Shown here: in pieces, positions 45,217 through 54,126 of the stretch
How positions within the stretch are numbered: position 1 is the first letter of the stretch
Layout: each line of letters opens with the position of its first letter
IMG/VR virus record: IMGVR_UViG_3300014208_000023
Span: 352,001-416,000 of that record
DNA length: 64,000 bases
Source: a virus
Taxonomy: Duplodnaviria; Caudoviricetes
Direction: 5' to 3' (one strand)
Program-made: the position numbers and the translations under genes
Notes under the pieces: generated by a model
What the model saw: only the letters and a program-made list of their open reading frames with translations
Databases searched by the model: none
What the model was told of the DNA's origin: nothing

Positions 45217-46311
45217 TCATTTAATCCCAAGCTTGTAAAAAACTCGCGTATAGGGCTTGAAGATATGGTGCGTCGGAACAACTCCAACACTCTTCCAGGC
45301 TTCGCGAACTGCCTTATACTCTACACCAGTTCCGTAAAGCTCAATGGCGGTTTGAGTAGTGGCGTCCGCCATCTCCTTGAAATTGGAGCGCTCATTAAGC
45401 TTTGGTCCGGTAAGGGTCTCATACCAGATTTTGCCAGTCTTTTCCCAGGCATAACCGCCGATATTGATCGCCGCCTCGTGGAAGGCCTTGTTAGGAATGC
45501 CGGAGTTGATATGGACTCCACCATTGTCGTCTCCTCCAGTGTAAAGATCCTTCATGTGGGCCGGCTGACGATCCTTGCCGATGACCTTATCGTCATAAGC
45601 AGTGCCAGGCGCTTTCATAGAACGAATACCTACTCCGTTAATCTTATCGGTGAATAGACCTTCACCGATAATCCAATTGGCTTTATCAGCAGTCTGATTG
45701 CCAACGTGCTGTTTTACCAGCGATCCGAACACGTCAGAGAAGTGTTCATTAAGGGCTCCAGACTGGCCATAATATTCCAGTCCAGCCGTGTGCTCCGTTA
45801 CACCATGAGTAAGCTCGTGGGCAACAACATCTAGAATTGTGAAGGGATTGAAAATCTCACCATCACCGTCGCCATAAGTCATCGAGCGTCCATTCCAAAA
45901 CGCATTGGGATACTTGTGGCCAAAATGGACTGTCGAATGAAGGTGGAATCCCTTGTTATCAATTGAGTCTCGCTTGAAAAACTTCCTGAAGAACTCGTGG
46001 GTATGGCCAGAGAAATCATAAGCCTCATCAACCTGCTTGTCGCCCTTTGACCTCGTGCCTTCTTCTCGAACTACCTTACCAGGAAGAGACTGGCGATTCT
46101 CTGCATCATAGACCGTCCTGGCAATCTGGCCAGCTCTGCTGAGATACGGATCGGTATTACGTTCGGCCTTAAACCTTCCATCTGCCGCTCCTTCATTAAG
46201 GAGGAGGCCGGGAACATCAGAAATGAGGGGCTGAATAAAAAGCTTTCCAATTTCGGCAGGGGCATTGGCGAAAATAGTGCGAGCCATATACGAAGGAATG
46301 ATTAGACACAT
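45217..46311 (-). CDS. protealysin-like M4 metalloprotease
   Basis: Short propeptide CLIIPSY; NAFWNG, VAHELTHGV, GALNEHFSD, GVHINSGIPN. Confidence 0.92.
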   Translation of the reverse strand: MCLIIPSYMARTIFANAPAEIGKLFIQPLISDVPGLLLNEGAADGRFKAERNTDPYLSRAGQIARTVYDAENRQSLPGKVVREEGTRSKGDKQVDEAYDFSGHTHEFFRKFFKRDSIDNKGFHLHSTVHFGHKYPNAFWNGRSMTYGDGDGEIFNPFTILDVVAHELTHGVTEHTAGLEYYGQSGALNEHFSDVFGSLVKQHVGNQTADKANWIIGEGLFTDKINGVGIRSMKAPGTAYDDKVIGKDRQPAHMKDLYTGGDDNGGVHINSGIPNKAFHEAAINIGGYAWEKTGKIWYETLTGPKLNERSNFKEMADATTQTAIELYGTGVEYKAVREAWKSVGVVPTHHIFKPYTRVFYKLGIK

Positions 46312-46343
46312 TTGATGATTTTCTTTCGGTGTGAGAGATATAT

Positions 46344-46577
46344 TCAGCGAGAAATGATTAGTCTATTGCCGTTCTTAAGTAGTCTTGTTTTGGGAGACAA
46401 GAAGTCTGAATCCCAATATAGGATCTTTGCCAATCCTTTGGGCCATGGCTTGTAAAGATCCTCTTCAAACCAAACTACCTGATAGTAGTATGAGTTAGCA
46501 GTATCCTTGAGAACATCATAGATATATCCGAACCTATGATCTTCTCTTATCTTTACTATGTCACCAACTTCATACAT
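46344..46577 (-). CDS. KOW/SH3-like small protein
   Basis: YEVGDIVKI..GYIYDV..YQVVWF. Confidence 0.55.
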   Translation of the reverse strand: MYEVGDIVKIREDHRFGYIYDVLKDTANSYYYQVVWFEEDLYKPWPKGLAKILYWDSDFLSPKTRLLKNGNRLIISR

Positions 46578-46720
46578 ATTAGTTATTTGACTTAAGAGCC
46601 TTAACTGACGATCTTACTATGCGCATAATTTCTTTAACGACTATATAAATCGGCAAAACAACTACTAGAACGCAAACGCCAAAAATTCTTTGAAGAGATT
46701 CTTTAGCTGAAAGCTTCTCA

Positions 46721-46954
46721 TCATATTCTGGAAACTGATTTTTCGAGTCTTTCATTTAGTAAATCTCTATATGTTGGATTGTTTAGTAGTGGGAAAAGCC
46801 GGTCTTCAAATGCTGAAATATGATCGGCAAGAACTTTCAATTCCTCGATTGAGGAGGGGTCAAGACTATCTTTGGACCATAGCTCTTCAAACCTATCAAG
46901 AACAAGAGGATAATTGTCATTACATACAATTAGTGTCATTTTGACATCTAGCAT
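46721..46954 (-). CDS. HigA N-terminal-like protein (no HTH)
   Basis: Y..VLDRFEELW..EELKVLADHISAFEDRLFP. Confidence 0.45.
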   Translation of the reverse strand: MLDVKMTLIVCNDNYPLVLDRFEELWSKDSLDPSSIEELKVLADHISAFEDRLFPLLNNPTYRDLLNERLEKSVSRI

Positions 46955-47451
46955 ATATATTTGATGTAAGCTACGTCTGGAGCAACATTTCTAAACGTTC
47001 CGTCTCTATCAGGAAGATATTTGAATCCATTACCCTCAAAGAAGTTTCTTGCTAGAGTATTGCCCCTCAATATTCTAACCATTACTGGTTTGGCCACTGG
47101 GAATATACGCTCCGCTTCATATAGCAGAATTGTTCCAAGACCACTACCTCTAGCTCGTTTAGAGATGAATAGGGAATATATTTCGTTCTCTCTTGGATGG
47201 AGAGTCTCTCTGGTGGAGCCGAAAGCGCAATACCCTACGGCATAATGCTTGTCGTCGGTTGCCATAAGAATGGAGCCGCCCTGCTTAATGGTGGTTTCGG
47301 CTCGCTCGATCTGCTTCTCAAGATCGATTGACTGAAGAAATTCTTCTGATACTAGCCCTTTGTATGTGTCCTGAAAGCAGGAATACCCGATAGATGCGAT
47401 GGAAGCTGCGTCATTTATATTGGCAGGGCGTATGTTGAATAGCGTATTCAT
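46948..47451 (-). CDS. GNAT acetyltransferase
   Basis: IYSLFISKRARGSGLGTILL, NTLARNFFEGNGF. Confidence 0.85.
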   Translation of the reverse strand: MNTLFNIRPANINDAASIASIGYSCFQDTYKGLVSEEFLQSIDLEKQIERAETTIKQGGSILMATDDKHYAVGYCAFGSTRETLHPRENEIYSLFISKRARGSGLGTILLYEAERIFPVAKPVMVRILRGNTLARNFFEGNGFKYLPDRDGTFRNVAPDVAYIKYIC

Positions 47452-47795
47452 TATGCTTTACTTTGTTTCGGAGCCACTGAATGACCACAATGGTTACAGT
47501 CCATCTCGCGATAATTCGAGACGGATCCGTTTTGAGGACGATTAGCTTCAGGATGAATACTGACTCGAACAGTTTCGAGTTTTTTTACTTTTTTTGGTTT
47601 ATTGATCCAATCAGTAATATTCAGCCTCAATACGTTTAAGTTTATTCCGGCCACAACAAAAATTAAAACCGGCCAAAATAGTGACCCGGCAGCTACGTCT
47701 CCCGGATGTGAAGATTTTTCAGAACCAAAAAATCCACTAAAAAGAAAACATAATAAAGATATTGCTAGATAGCCAGCTACGTAATACTTAATCAT
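47451..47795 (-). CDS. membrane protein with C-terminal CxxC
   Basis: Two TM segments, GSLFWPV. Confidence 0.6.
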   Translation of the reverse strand: MIKYYVAGYLAISLLCFLFSGFFGSEKSSHPGDVAAGSLFWPVLIFVVAGINLNVLRLNITDWINKPKKVKKLETVRVSIHPEANRPQNGSVSNYREMDCNHCGHSVAPKQSKA

Positions 47796-47813
47796 TTGGA
47801 TACTGCTTCACAT

Positions 47814-47842
47814 AATGTAAGGACGGACGACGCCGGGCGCAA
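47814..47842 (-). promoter_or_regulatory. sigma70-type promoter
   Basis: TTGCGC-17 (GC-rich)-TACATT. Confidence 0.55.
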
Positions 47843-47880
47843 GGGGCGGCTGGCGATTCAAGAACTATGCCAAGACACAA

Positions 47881-48144
47881 TCAGGACTCATCGAAATCTG
47901 TATCATACAAGTCGGAGTCATCCAATGTCTTATCGTTATCGTAACCAGTTTCGCAGTAATCATACTCACAACAAGGAACTAATCTTCCTGCCTCATCGCG
48001 GTATTCAATATCTGTATCTGAATCTATATTGCACGAACAACCCCTACTAACGCAATCTTCGCAAAAATGTCGATCGCTATCTTTGCCATCGGAAGGGGTA
48101 TATACCCACACCGCTAGCTGCCTACATTTGCATCTGATTTTCAT
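47881..48144 (-). CDS. Cys-rich small protein
   Basis: CKC, FCEDCVSRGCSCN, PCCEY. Confidence 0.65.
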   Translation of the reverse strand: MKIRCKCRQLAVWVYTPSDGKDSDRHFCEDCVSRGCSCNIDSDTDIEYRDEAGRLVPCCEYDYCETGYDNDKTLDDSDLYDTDFDES

Positions 48145-48479
48145 TTTAGCTTAAATATCTTTACGGTTCTTATATCGCTTGGATATAAGATATATGTATA
48201 TCTGTATAATTTATTATGTATAGAATTTGCCGGAGTCATACCATAACCTATTGGATTAGATATTGGAACGCCAATAATAGGGTATGCCGGTCTTTTTGAC
48301 GAAATTGAAGAATTATGAATATCAATTATTGGGAAATTAAATTGATGTTCCGTTAAGTCTGAAGTCGGACCGTACGAACTTGGCATGCCGTGACTATCAG
48401 TGCGTGAGACACGAAAACATACTCTTGCTATGTCTCCGACTTTAGCATTGAGTATGCATCCAAGAGATTTATCTTCCAT
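48141..48479 (-). CDS. C-x6-GD family protein
   Basis: CILNAKVGD..VKIFK. Confidence 0.7.
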   Translation of the reverse strand: MEDKSLGCILNAKVGDIARVCFRVSRTDSHGMPSSYGPTSDLTEHQFNFPIIDIHNSSISSKRPAYPIIGVPISNPIGYGMTPANSIHNKLYRYTYILYPSDIRTVKIFKLK

Positions 48480-48807
48480 AATCGTCTTCTACCCTAACCA
48501 CATCATCTAGTTGAGTTGTTGAAGCCTCAAGAACTTCGCAGTCCTCTTCGGCAATCATTCGGTGAATTGTGTTTGGAGTTATGTGAAAATTCATACCGGG
48601 CAACATCTTGATTGAATTGATGCTATTGTCTGAATGAATTTCGAGGGTCATCTTGCCGGCATGAAGATAAACCGTCTCATCTTTCTCTTTGTGATACTGA
48701 AGAGATAATTTATGGCCCTTCTTAATGTTTAGAATCTTACCAACATATTGTTTGGTGTGGGCAAAAATAACTTCATATCCCCACGGCTTTTCTATTCTTG
48801 TCACCAT
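48469..48807 (-). CDS. cupin (mannose-6-phosphate isomerase type II C-terminal-like)
   Basis: IEKPWGYE, LSLQYHKEKDET, HITPNTIHRM, VVRVEDDYGR. Confidence 0.85.
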   Translation of the reverse strand: MVTRIEKPWGYEVIFAHTKQYVGKILNIKKGHKLSLQYHKEKDETVYLHAGKMTLEIHSDNSINSIKMLPGMNFHITPNTIHRMIAEEDCEVLEASTTQLDDVVRVEDDYGR

Positions 48808-49043
48808 ATTGCGTGTCCTATATTTGGTTTTCTATAGATTTTATGAACTACATAAACCTCTGGATGAATTATTCTTTCTCCAAAAGGAGAAAGAACTGCC
48901 GGATAAAGTCCGGCCTGAGCGCTAAAAAGCGGGCCAACATATCGTTTGGTAACGATTTCTTTAGTTACGGCTTCAACTCCGAATCTATGCCTATACCTTA
49001 TACGATCGCCTACTCTAGAAGATATTAGGCAATTAGAAATCAT
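48801..49043 (-). CDS. C-x6-GD family protein
   Basis: CLISSRVGD..VHKIYR. Confidence 0.7.
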   Translation of the reverse strand: MISNCLISSRVGDRIRYRHRFGVEAVTKEIVTKRYVGPLFSAQAGLYPAVLSPFGERIIHPEVYVVHKIYRKPNIGHAIW

Positions 49044-49513
49044 TATTGCTTTTTCTTACTCCAGAACATTTGGAGAATGCTACGATTAAGTATGTCGCTA
49101 ACTAATCCTGGTCCGCCTATTGTTTTTGAATAAAGAATTTCGCCTTCTATTGCTTGAATCTGAATTACGGTTCCATCTACTGGACGCTGCCATATTGATC
49201 CGCACTCCACTGTAAAAGGATCGTTGCGGCTGAGCTTTTCATCTTCCACTCGTCTTAAATCGAATTGAAGGAACTTATACTTGGTGTCAAAATATATTGG
49301 AAGGTCCCAACTCCATTGCTTCATTGGGACTACTTTATCTTCTACGATATAGAGGTTGTTTTCTTCCGTAAGAATATTTAATATATACCTTAAAAACTCC
49401 ATTCTCTCGAAGAAGTTTTCGCCTTCCAAATCCTGATATTGGACCACAATATTAGTGATATAATTTACTTCGGTCTTCTTGACTTCGTGCAGAATCTCTT
49501 CTATAAGTTTCAT
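49043..49513 (-). CDS. hypothetical protein
   Basis: ORF in chain. Confidence 0.6.
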   Translation of the reverse strand: MKLIEEILHEVKKTEVNYITNIVVQYQDLEGENFFERMEFLRYILNILTEENNLYIVEDKVVPMKQWSWDLPIYFDTKYKFLQFDLRRVEDEKLSRNDPFTVECGSIWQRPVDGTVIQIQAIEGEILYSKTIGGPGLVSDILNRSILQMFWSKKKQ

Positions 49514-49740
49514 TTTTTCTTTATGATTTTAGTTGGCTTATCGAGCGTTGGGTGCAAGAGCGATCTGCTACCCTCAATATAAACAATTGGAACCGATGTT
49601 AGGTTACCTAAATCATCCCTATATGAATCTGACCACTCAATTATGGATCCAATAAATCTCACTTCGTAAGCCGTAAAATGAACAACATCTCCTCGCACTA
49701 CCTTTTTGAGGCAGGGATGTAGGCCAGGTGCGAAGTTCAT
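49510..49740 (-). CDS. C-x6-GD family protein
   Basis: CLKKVVRGD..TKIIKK. Confidence 0.7.
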   Translation of the reverse strand: MNFAPGLHPCLKKVVRGDVVHFTAYEVRFIGSIIEWSDSYRDDLGNLTSVPIVYIEGSRSLLHPTLDKPTKIIKKK

Positions 49741-50021
49741 ACCGACAATCTCTTTATGGTTGTGTTAAAAGTTTTTGATATATCTTGTGCTGTCATATTT
49801 GCTATGAGGCTTTTCTTATAAATCTTTTTTACCTTGGAACGAACAATCATAATGTCTGGCCCACCAATTAATGGCCTACTAATAGGAAAGCATCCGGGCG
49901 CTCTAGAAATAACTATATAATGTGCCGTATAGCCAAGATCCTTATTGGCTAGAAGCCCTAGATAATCGGTGCATAAAACAAGTATGTCACCTGGCGCTGT
50001 CGATAAAAGACACGAAATCAT
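49737..50021 (-). CDS. C-x6-GD family protein
   Basis: CLLSTAPGD..VKKIYK. Confidence 0.7.
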   Translation of the reverse strand: MISCLLSTAPGDILVLCTDYLGLLANKDLGYTAHYIVISRAPGCFPISRPLIGGPDIMIVRSKVKKIYKKSLIANMTAQDISKTFNTTIKRLSV

Positions 50022-50272
50022 TTTGATAGCTTCTTTATCTTTACAATATAAGATATGTGTCCAATATATATATAGACTTCATCATCACGAATTCTTACTA
50101 CTGGCATATAATGCGGACTTGGTTTAGATCCGAAGCTAGGAATATGAAATCCCACTACTGGATAATCAAAAATCCGTCCCCCGTTAGGGGACTGCCAAAC
50201 AATAACGTCTCCGACTTTGCAGTTATAAAGGCATTTCAACTTCTGATGGTAACCCGTATTCAATGACTTCAT
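50018..50272 (-). CDS. C-x6-GD family protein
   Basis: CLYNCKVGD..IVKIKK. Confidence 0.7.
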   Translation of the reverse strand: MKSLNTGYHQKLKCLYNCKVGDVIVWQSPNGGRIFDYPVVGFHIPSFGSKPSPHYMPVVRIRDDEVYIYIGHISYIVKIKKLSK

Positions 50273-50398
50273 ATGTACCGCCTGGGTGATCTACTTGAGA
50301 TATTGTCCGTAGAGTTTCTGGTTTGGAACTATTATCGGAATTTTTCTTTGTTGAAAGAAATTTCTTAAGCTCATTCTTAAGTAGATTTTTGCGCTTAT

Positions 50399-50617
50399 TC
50401 ATTTTGATTTGATGATAGTAAATTTCTTAAAGTGATACTCATTAAACAAACATTCTTGAGAAAGATAATCATCTTCCATAAACTGCTTTACTACAACATA
50501 GCGTATATTGCCACCATCATATACAAATCTAGTAAATACATATTTCACTTGACCGGAAGAACGCAGATCGGCAGCTATAGTATCGCCTACCTTTAGTTTT
50601 AAAAGGCACTTATGCAT
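50399..50617 (-). CDS. C-x6-GD family protein
   Basis: CLLKLKVGD. Confidence 0.7.
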   Translation of the reverse strand: MHKCLLKLKVGDTIAADLRSSGQVKYVFTRFVYDGGNIRYVVVKQFMEDDYLSQECLFNEYHFKKFTIIKSK

Positions 50618-50855
50618 TATACGGTGCCGGCGTAGCTTTTTTTATTCCTCGAACCAAATATTCCTCAATGGCAACCGTAGGGGCATTCCACCATTTTATG
50701 TGTGGCTCACCGCCACGAATTGCTATTACTTCACGATCCTCAAGGGAATTTTTTTCATACGGATTTACATCGGCAGGGACAACGTATCCTCGCGAATCAA
50801 AAAGGAGAGATAGCTTATCTCCAACTTTTATTTTTGAGTAGCAGGAAGATGACAT
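50610..50855 (-). CDS. C-x6-GD family protein
   Basis: CYSKIKVGD..VRGIKK. Confidence 0.7.
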   Translation of the reverse strand: MSSSCYSKIKVGDKLSLLFDSRGYVVPADVNPYEKNSLEDREVIAIRGGEPHIKWWNAPTVAIEEYLVRGIKKATPAPYNA

Positions 50856-51046
50856 TGTTTTTTAGCTTTAGTAATTTTTGTAACCTTAAGATAGGTCATA
50901 TTATATAATATACCATTAATGTCAAACATAAACAACTCTTCATATGAAGAAAGATATGACCTAAATATAATTTTAGGGCTACTATCTACACAAGAATTAT
51001 GAATTACGTCTCCTTTAGAGAGGCGAAATAGGCATGAATGAATCAT
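50828..51046 (-). CDS. C-x6-GD family protein
   Basis: CLFRLSKGD..VTKITK. Confidence 0.7.
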   Translation of the reverse strand: MIHSCLFRLSKGDVIHNSCVDSSPKIIFRSYLSSYEELFMFDINGILYNMTYLKVTKITKAKKQCHLPATQK

Positions 51047-51298
51047 TTACTTCTTTGCCTTCTTAATTCTTAAGATCAAGTATGGCGATATCGTATAAAA
51101 TATAATTTCATTTATATTATCGCGGCTCATAGATACTGGGGCTCCGTTCCTAACTTCTATAACTGGATAGATCCCAACAGAATTTGTTACCTCTATTCCT
51201 CTGGCGCGATCGAAGGTATAGCCAATCAAAAGCCCTTCATAGCGCATTGCTATGTATAGCACATCGCCTACTTTGATATTTTTGATACAAGAGAGCAT
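51047..51298 (-). CDS. C-x6-GD family protein
   Basis: CIKNIKVGD..ILRIKK. Confidence 0.7.
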   Translation of the reverse strand: MLSCIKNIKVGDVLYIAMRYEGLLIGYTFDRARGIEVTNSVGIYPVIEVRNGAPVSMSRDNINEIIFYTISPYLILRIKKAKK

Positions 51299-51501
51299 TT
51301 AATTATTCTATCTATTCCGCCGCCTTTAGCTTTTATATATCGATCATAAAAAGTGCCAATATAATATAGCTTCGTTTCAACTGCGGTAATGGATTGTCCA
51401 TTATAAATGGAATCTACTCTGAATTGCTGCCCATTGCTCCAAACAATGATGTCGCCAATCTTGCAGTTTTTGAGACAATCTCTCTTTTTAGGCTCGCTCA
51501 T
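51268..51501 (-). CDS. C-x6-GD family protein
   Basis: CLKNCKIGD..IDRIIK; start moved to MSEPKK. Confidence 0.65.
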   Translation of the reverse strand: MSEPKKRDCLKNCKIGDIIVWSNGQQFRVDSIYNGQSITAVETKLYYIGTFYDRYIKAKGGGIDRIIKCSLVSKISK

Positions 51502-51746
51502 TTTTGAGTGTATTTTTTTATACGAACAATAGACTCGTGCCATTGAGGTGTTACTAGATACCAGTAACCACCAACAACTCCTTTAGATACATATGGTAGC
51601 CATGGACTATGATCATAGCTATAGCCAATCACATACCATATATCGGTGTGAGTTGGCGGAATTGGGTCAGGGATCCAAAAATTATTTCCATCCATAGCGA
51701 TGGCTATTTCATCTCCAACTTTTATGTTCTCAAAACAAGACTTCAT
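51498..51746 (-). CDS. C-x6-GD family protein
   Basis: CFENIKVGD..IVRIKK. Confidence 0.7.
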   Translation of the reverse strand: MKSCFENIKVGDEIAIAMDGNNFWIPDPIPPTHTDIWYVIGYSYDHSPWLPYVSKGVVGGYWYLVTPQWHESIVRIKKYTQK

Positions 51747-51937
51747 TTTTTTGACTTAATAATCTTGCTTATAGTATGAATGTGGGAGCCGTCAAAGTAT
51801 CCTCCTGGCTCTCCAGATAGAGCATGGTTTGTCCAAACTTTACCAGTAGCAGAATCATTATCTACGACTAGATATCCTCTGCCAGATTTGCAGATCAGAA
51901 TATCTCCAAACTTACACTTGGCTAGACAAGACTTCAT
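51743..51937 (-). CDS. C-x6-GD family protein
   Basis: CLAKCKFGD..ISKIIK. Confidence 0.7.
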   Translation of the reverse strand: MKSCLAKCKFGDILICKSGRGYLVVDNDSATGKVWTNHALSGEPGGYFDGSHIHTISKIIKSKK

Positions 51938-52113
51938 AACGAATCATTCCCAAGCTCCCATGTCAAGAAGCTTACCATCAGAATCAAACTCGAATACGGT
52001 AACGAAACCGGAGTAGCCACGCTCTACGGAAAGCGATTTGCTCTTTCCATCATCAGCATTAGTGTGATCAATCTTGGCTCGCTCTAACATTGCCTGTAGG
52101 GCTTGAAGGTCTG

Positions 52114-52353
52114 TCATGATTTTCTCTTAATTATTTTAAGTATGAAAGGCGCGCTGTTTCCGGTTATAACTACGGTTCCTTCATGCCAAACATGAAGCGG
52201 CTGCGAATCTACTGTTCCGATAGCGTGACCGAAGTAATCAGGATGCCAGCCATGTAAATAATCAGTTGTTGCCTTATAGTTTAAGGAACCAAAACAAATG
52301 ATATCTCCAGCCTTAATATTTTGGAAACAATGTTTGTTCATTATATGGCTCAC
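52114..52353 (-). CDS. C-x6-GD family protein
   Basis: CFQNIKAGD..ILKIIK. Confidence 0.7.
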   Translation of the reverse strand: MSHIMNKHCFQNIKAGDIICFGSLNYKATTDYLHGWHPDYFGHAIGTVDSQPLHVWHEGTVVITGNSAPFILKIIKRKS

Positions 52354-52432
52354 TGGGCAGGGATCGAACCTGCGTTAGGATTGCTCCGTTACGGGTTAAC
52401 AGCCCGCTGCCTGGCCTCTAGGCTACCAGTGA
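52346..52432 (-). tRNA. tRNA-Asn(GUU) with long variable arm, CCA encoded
   Basis: UCACUGG/CCAGUGA, G73, GCGGG-CU-GUU-AA-CCCGU, 17-nt variable region with GGA-GCAA-UCC. Confidence 0.9.
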
Positions 52433-52464
52433 TCGTATTCAGCTTTTAAGGTGCTGCAACCTAG

Positions 52465-52547
52465 TACCGATGGTCGGACTTGAACCGACAAGCTTTTTAG
52501 GGCGGAAGATTTTGAGTCTCCAGTGTTTGCCATTTCACCACATCGGC
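52465..52547 (-). tRNA. tRNA-Leu(CAA)
   Basis: GCCGAUG acceptor, GGAGA-CU-CAA-AA-UCUUC, long V arm, A73. Confidence 0.93.
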
Positions 52548-52573
52548 GTACGAAACTTATATATCCTAACTTA

Positions 52574-52837
52574 TCACAATCTATGATGAGCCATTATTAT
52601 GGCAATCAATCTCACCCAGACATCATCCTCTGATCCATAACACTTACTGAACTCACGAATATTACGCCCTCCTCCTTTGCTATCGTAGCTTCCGATGTAA
52701 CTGAATCTTCCAGATAACAATAATGGCTTATATCTTTCAATCAAAGTTTTACATAACCTTGATGGCGGAGGAACTGTGCTCATGTCAATATAATACTCAT
52801 TGGCGGTTTTGTCAAGTGGCGCGCGGTCGATTTTCAA
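52574..52837 (-). CDS. CKTI-family protein (start uncertain)
   Basis: LCKTLIERYKP. Confidence 0.55.
   Translation of the reverse strand: MKIDRAPLDKTANEYYIDMSTVPPPSRLCKTLIERYKPLLLSGRFSYIGSYDSKGGGRNIREFSKCYGSEDDVWVRLIAIIMAHHRL
52787..52815 (-). promoter_or_regulatory. sigma70-type promoter
   Basis: TTGACA-17-TATATT. Confidence 0.55.
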
Positions 52838-53128
52838 TTACCAAGCATTAAAAGTAATGCGTATATAATTTGAACTCGTCACCGCTCCGCTTCCAAAATA
52901 CGCATTACTTGCTGTAGATTTTTTTATTGAAATAAGATAATTATTAAATCTTGTTTCTCTTTCTTCTTTAGGGAAGATTTTACTATCGCTGAACATGGCG
53001 GACTTAAGTGTAGATTGGCCTTCTGGAAGATAGAAGCCATACCAATGGTAACATCCGACATATCTAATAGCAACTTCACCAACTCGTGGCTTGTAAAGCT
53101 TATCTATTGTTTTGCAGAAATTGCTCAT
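52838..53128 (-). CDS. CKTI-family protein
   Basis: FCKTIDKLYKP..FNNYL. Confidence 0.7.
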   Translation of the reverse strand: MSNFCKTIDKLYKPRVGEVAIRYVGCYHWYGFYLPEGQSTLKSAMFSDSKIFPKEERETRFNNYLISIKKSTASNAYFGSGAVTSSNYIRITFNAW

Positions 53129-53306
53129 TGCGTTTGTTCCGATAATTCTTAACCAAGATTTTATTGAAAGCTACTTCTGCTTTTTCAAAATCTGCTTGTT
53201 TTAGAAAAAAATAATCGCTAATATATCTTGTGGTCCCTACAAATCCACCGCTGGTAGAAAATATTATTGGGTCACAGTATTGTTTTATTTTTTTACAGTA
53301 AGTCAT
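53100..53306 (-). CDS. CKTI-family protein
   Basis: YCKKIKQYCDP..AFNKIL. Confidence 0.65.
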   Translation of the reverse strand: MTYCKKIKQYCDPIIFSTSGGFVGTTRYISDYFFLKQADFEKAEVAFNKILVKNYRNKRNEQFLQNNR

Positions 53307-53590
53307 GTGACCGTTTTTCCACAGGTATCACACTTCAAGCTAGAGCCTATTTGATTATAGGATCCATATACTGCACATATTGCACAGTATCTATGATAAT
53401 AGGTGCTATTAGTGATGCCGCTAACTAGCCACTTATTAAAAATGGCCATTCTTTTTTCTGGGTCCGGTTCGGTGCCCAACATCACACTGTTCAGGTTGCC
53501 GGCGACAAGAAAGTAACCAACATAACTTTTGGCTGATTTTCTTATCGAAACAATTGGGCTATATTTTTTCTTTATTGTAGCGCAGAACAT
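53303..53590 (-). CDS. CKTI-family protein with C-terminal Zn finger
   Basis: FCATIKKKYSP..FNKWL..CAIC..CDTC. Confidence 0.7.
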   Translation of the reverse strand: MFCATIKKKYSPIVSIRKSAKSYVGYFLVAGNLNSVMLGTEPDPEKRMAIFNKWLVSGITNSTYYHRYCAICAVYGSYNQIGSSLKCDTCGKTVT

Positions 53591-53591
53591 A

Positions 53592-53840
53592 TTATGTTCC
53601 CCAAACCATCGTTCCAGATTTCATCTTGGCGTCAGCAAAAATACTCATTATTAATTCGTCTTGTTTGTAGCGTTCAATGAGCCATTTATTAAACTCTACC
53701 CTGGCATCATCTAGATTAGTTATGCTGGCCGGAGAGCGTCGGCTTTTCTCTATGCCATCGATATAATAGAAGCCATATGTTCGGCCCATTATCGATACGA
53801 CTGATGGCGAGTATTTTTCTTTAATAGTTTTGCAGAACAT
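53592..53840 (-). CDS. CKTI-family protein
   Basis: FCKTIKEKYSP..FNKWL. Confidence 0.7.
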   Translation of the reverse strand: MFCKTIKEKYSPSVVSIMGRTYGFYYIDGIEKSRRSPASITNLDDARVEFNKWLIERYKQDELIMSIFADAKMKSGTMVWGT

Positions 53841-54031
53841 TATTTCTTCTCAAACTTATCCCAAAGATATTTTCCTATATAACACCCAGCCTCTTCCATT
53901 GAAGCTATAGTTAATGGTAAGGTTTTATACCTTTTACTATTTTCTGATGGACTATAAGAAATATAGTATGATATGGAATCCTTATGAATTGACACATCAT
54001 ATTTCTTAACTATAGTTTTGCAGATTGCCAT
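53840..54031 (-). CDS. CKTI-family protein
   Basis: ICKTIVKKYDV..IGKYL. Confidence 0.65.
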   Translation of the reverse strand: MAICKTIVKKYDVSIHKDSISYYISYSPSENSKRYKTLPLTIASMEEAGCYIGKYLWDKFEKK

Positions 54032-54126
54032 TTTATTTGGTGGGACGTGATTGATTCGAACAATCTTCCGTTAAAAGACCAGTTGTACAATCTGGTAGCT
54101 TGCCATCAGCCCATACGTCCCGTTAT

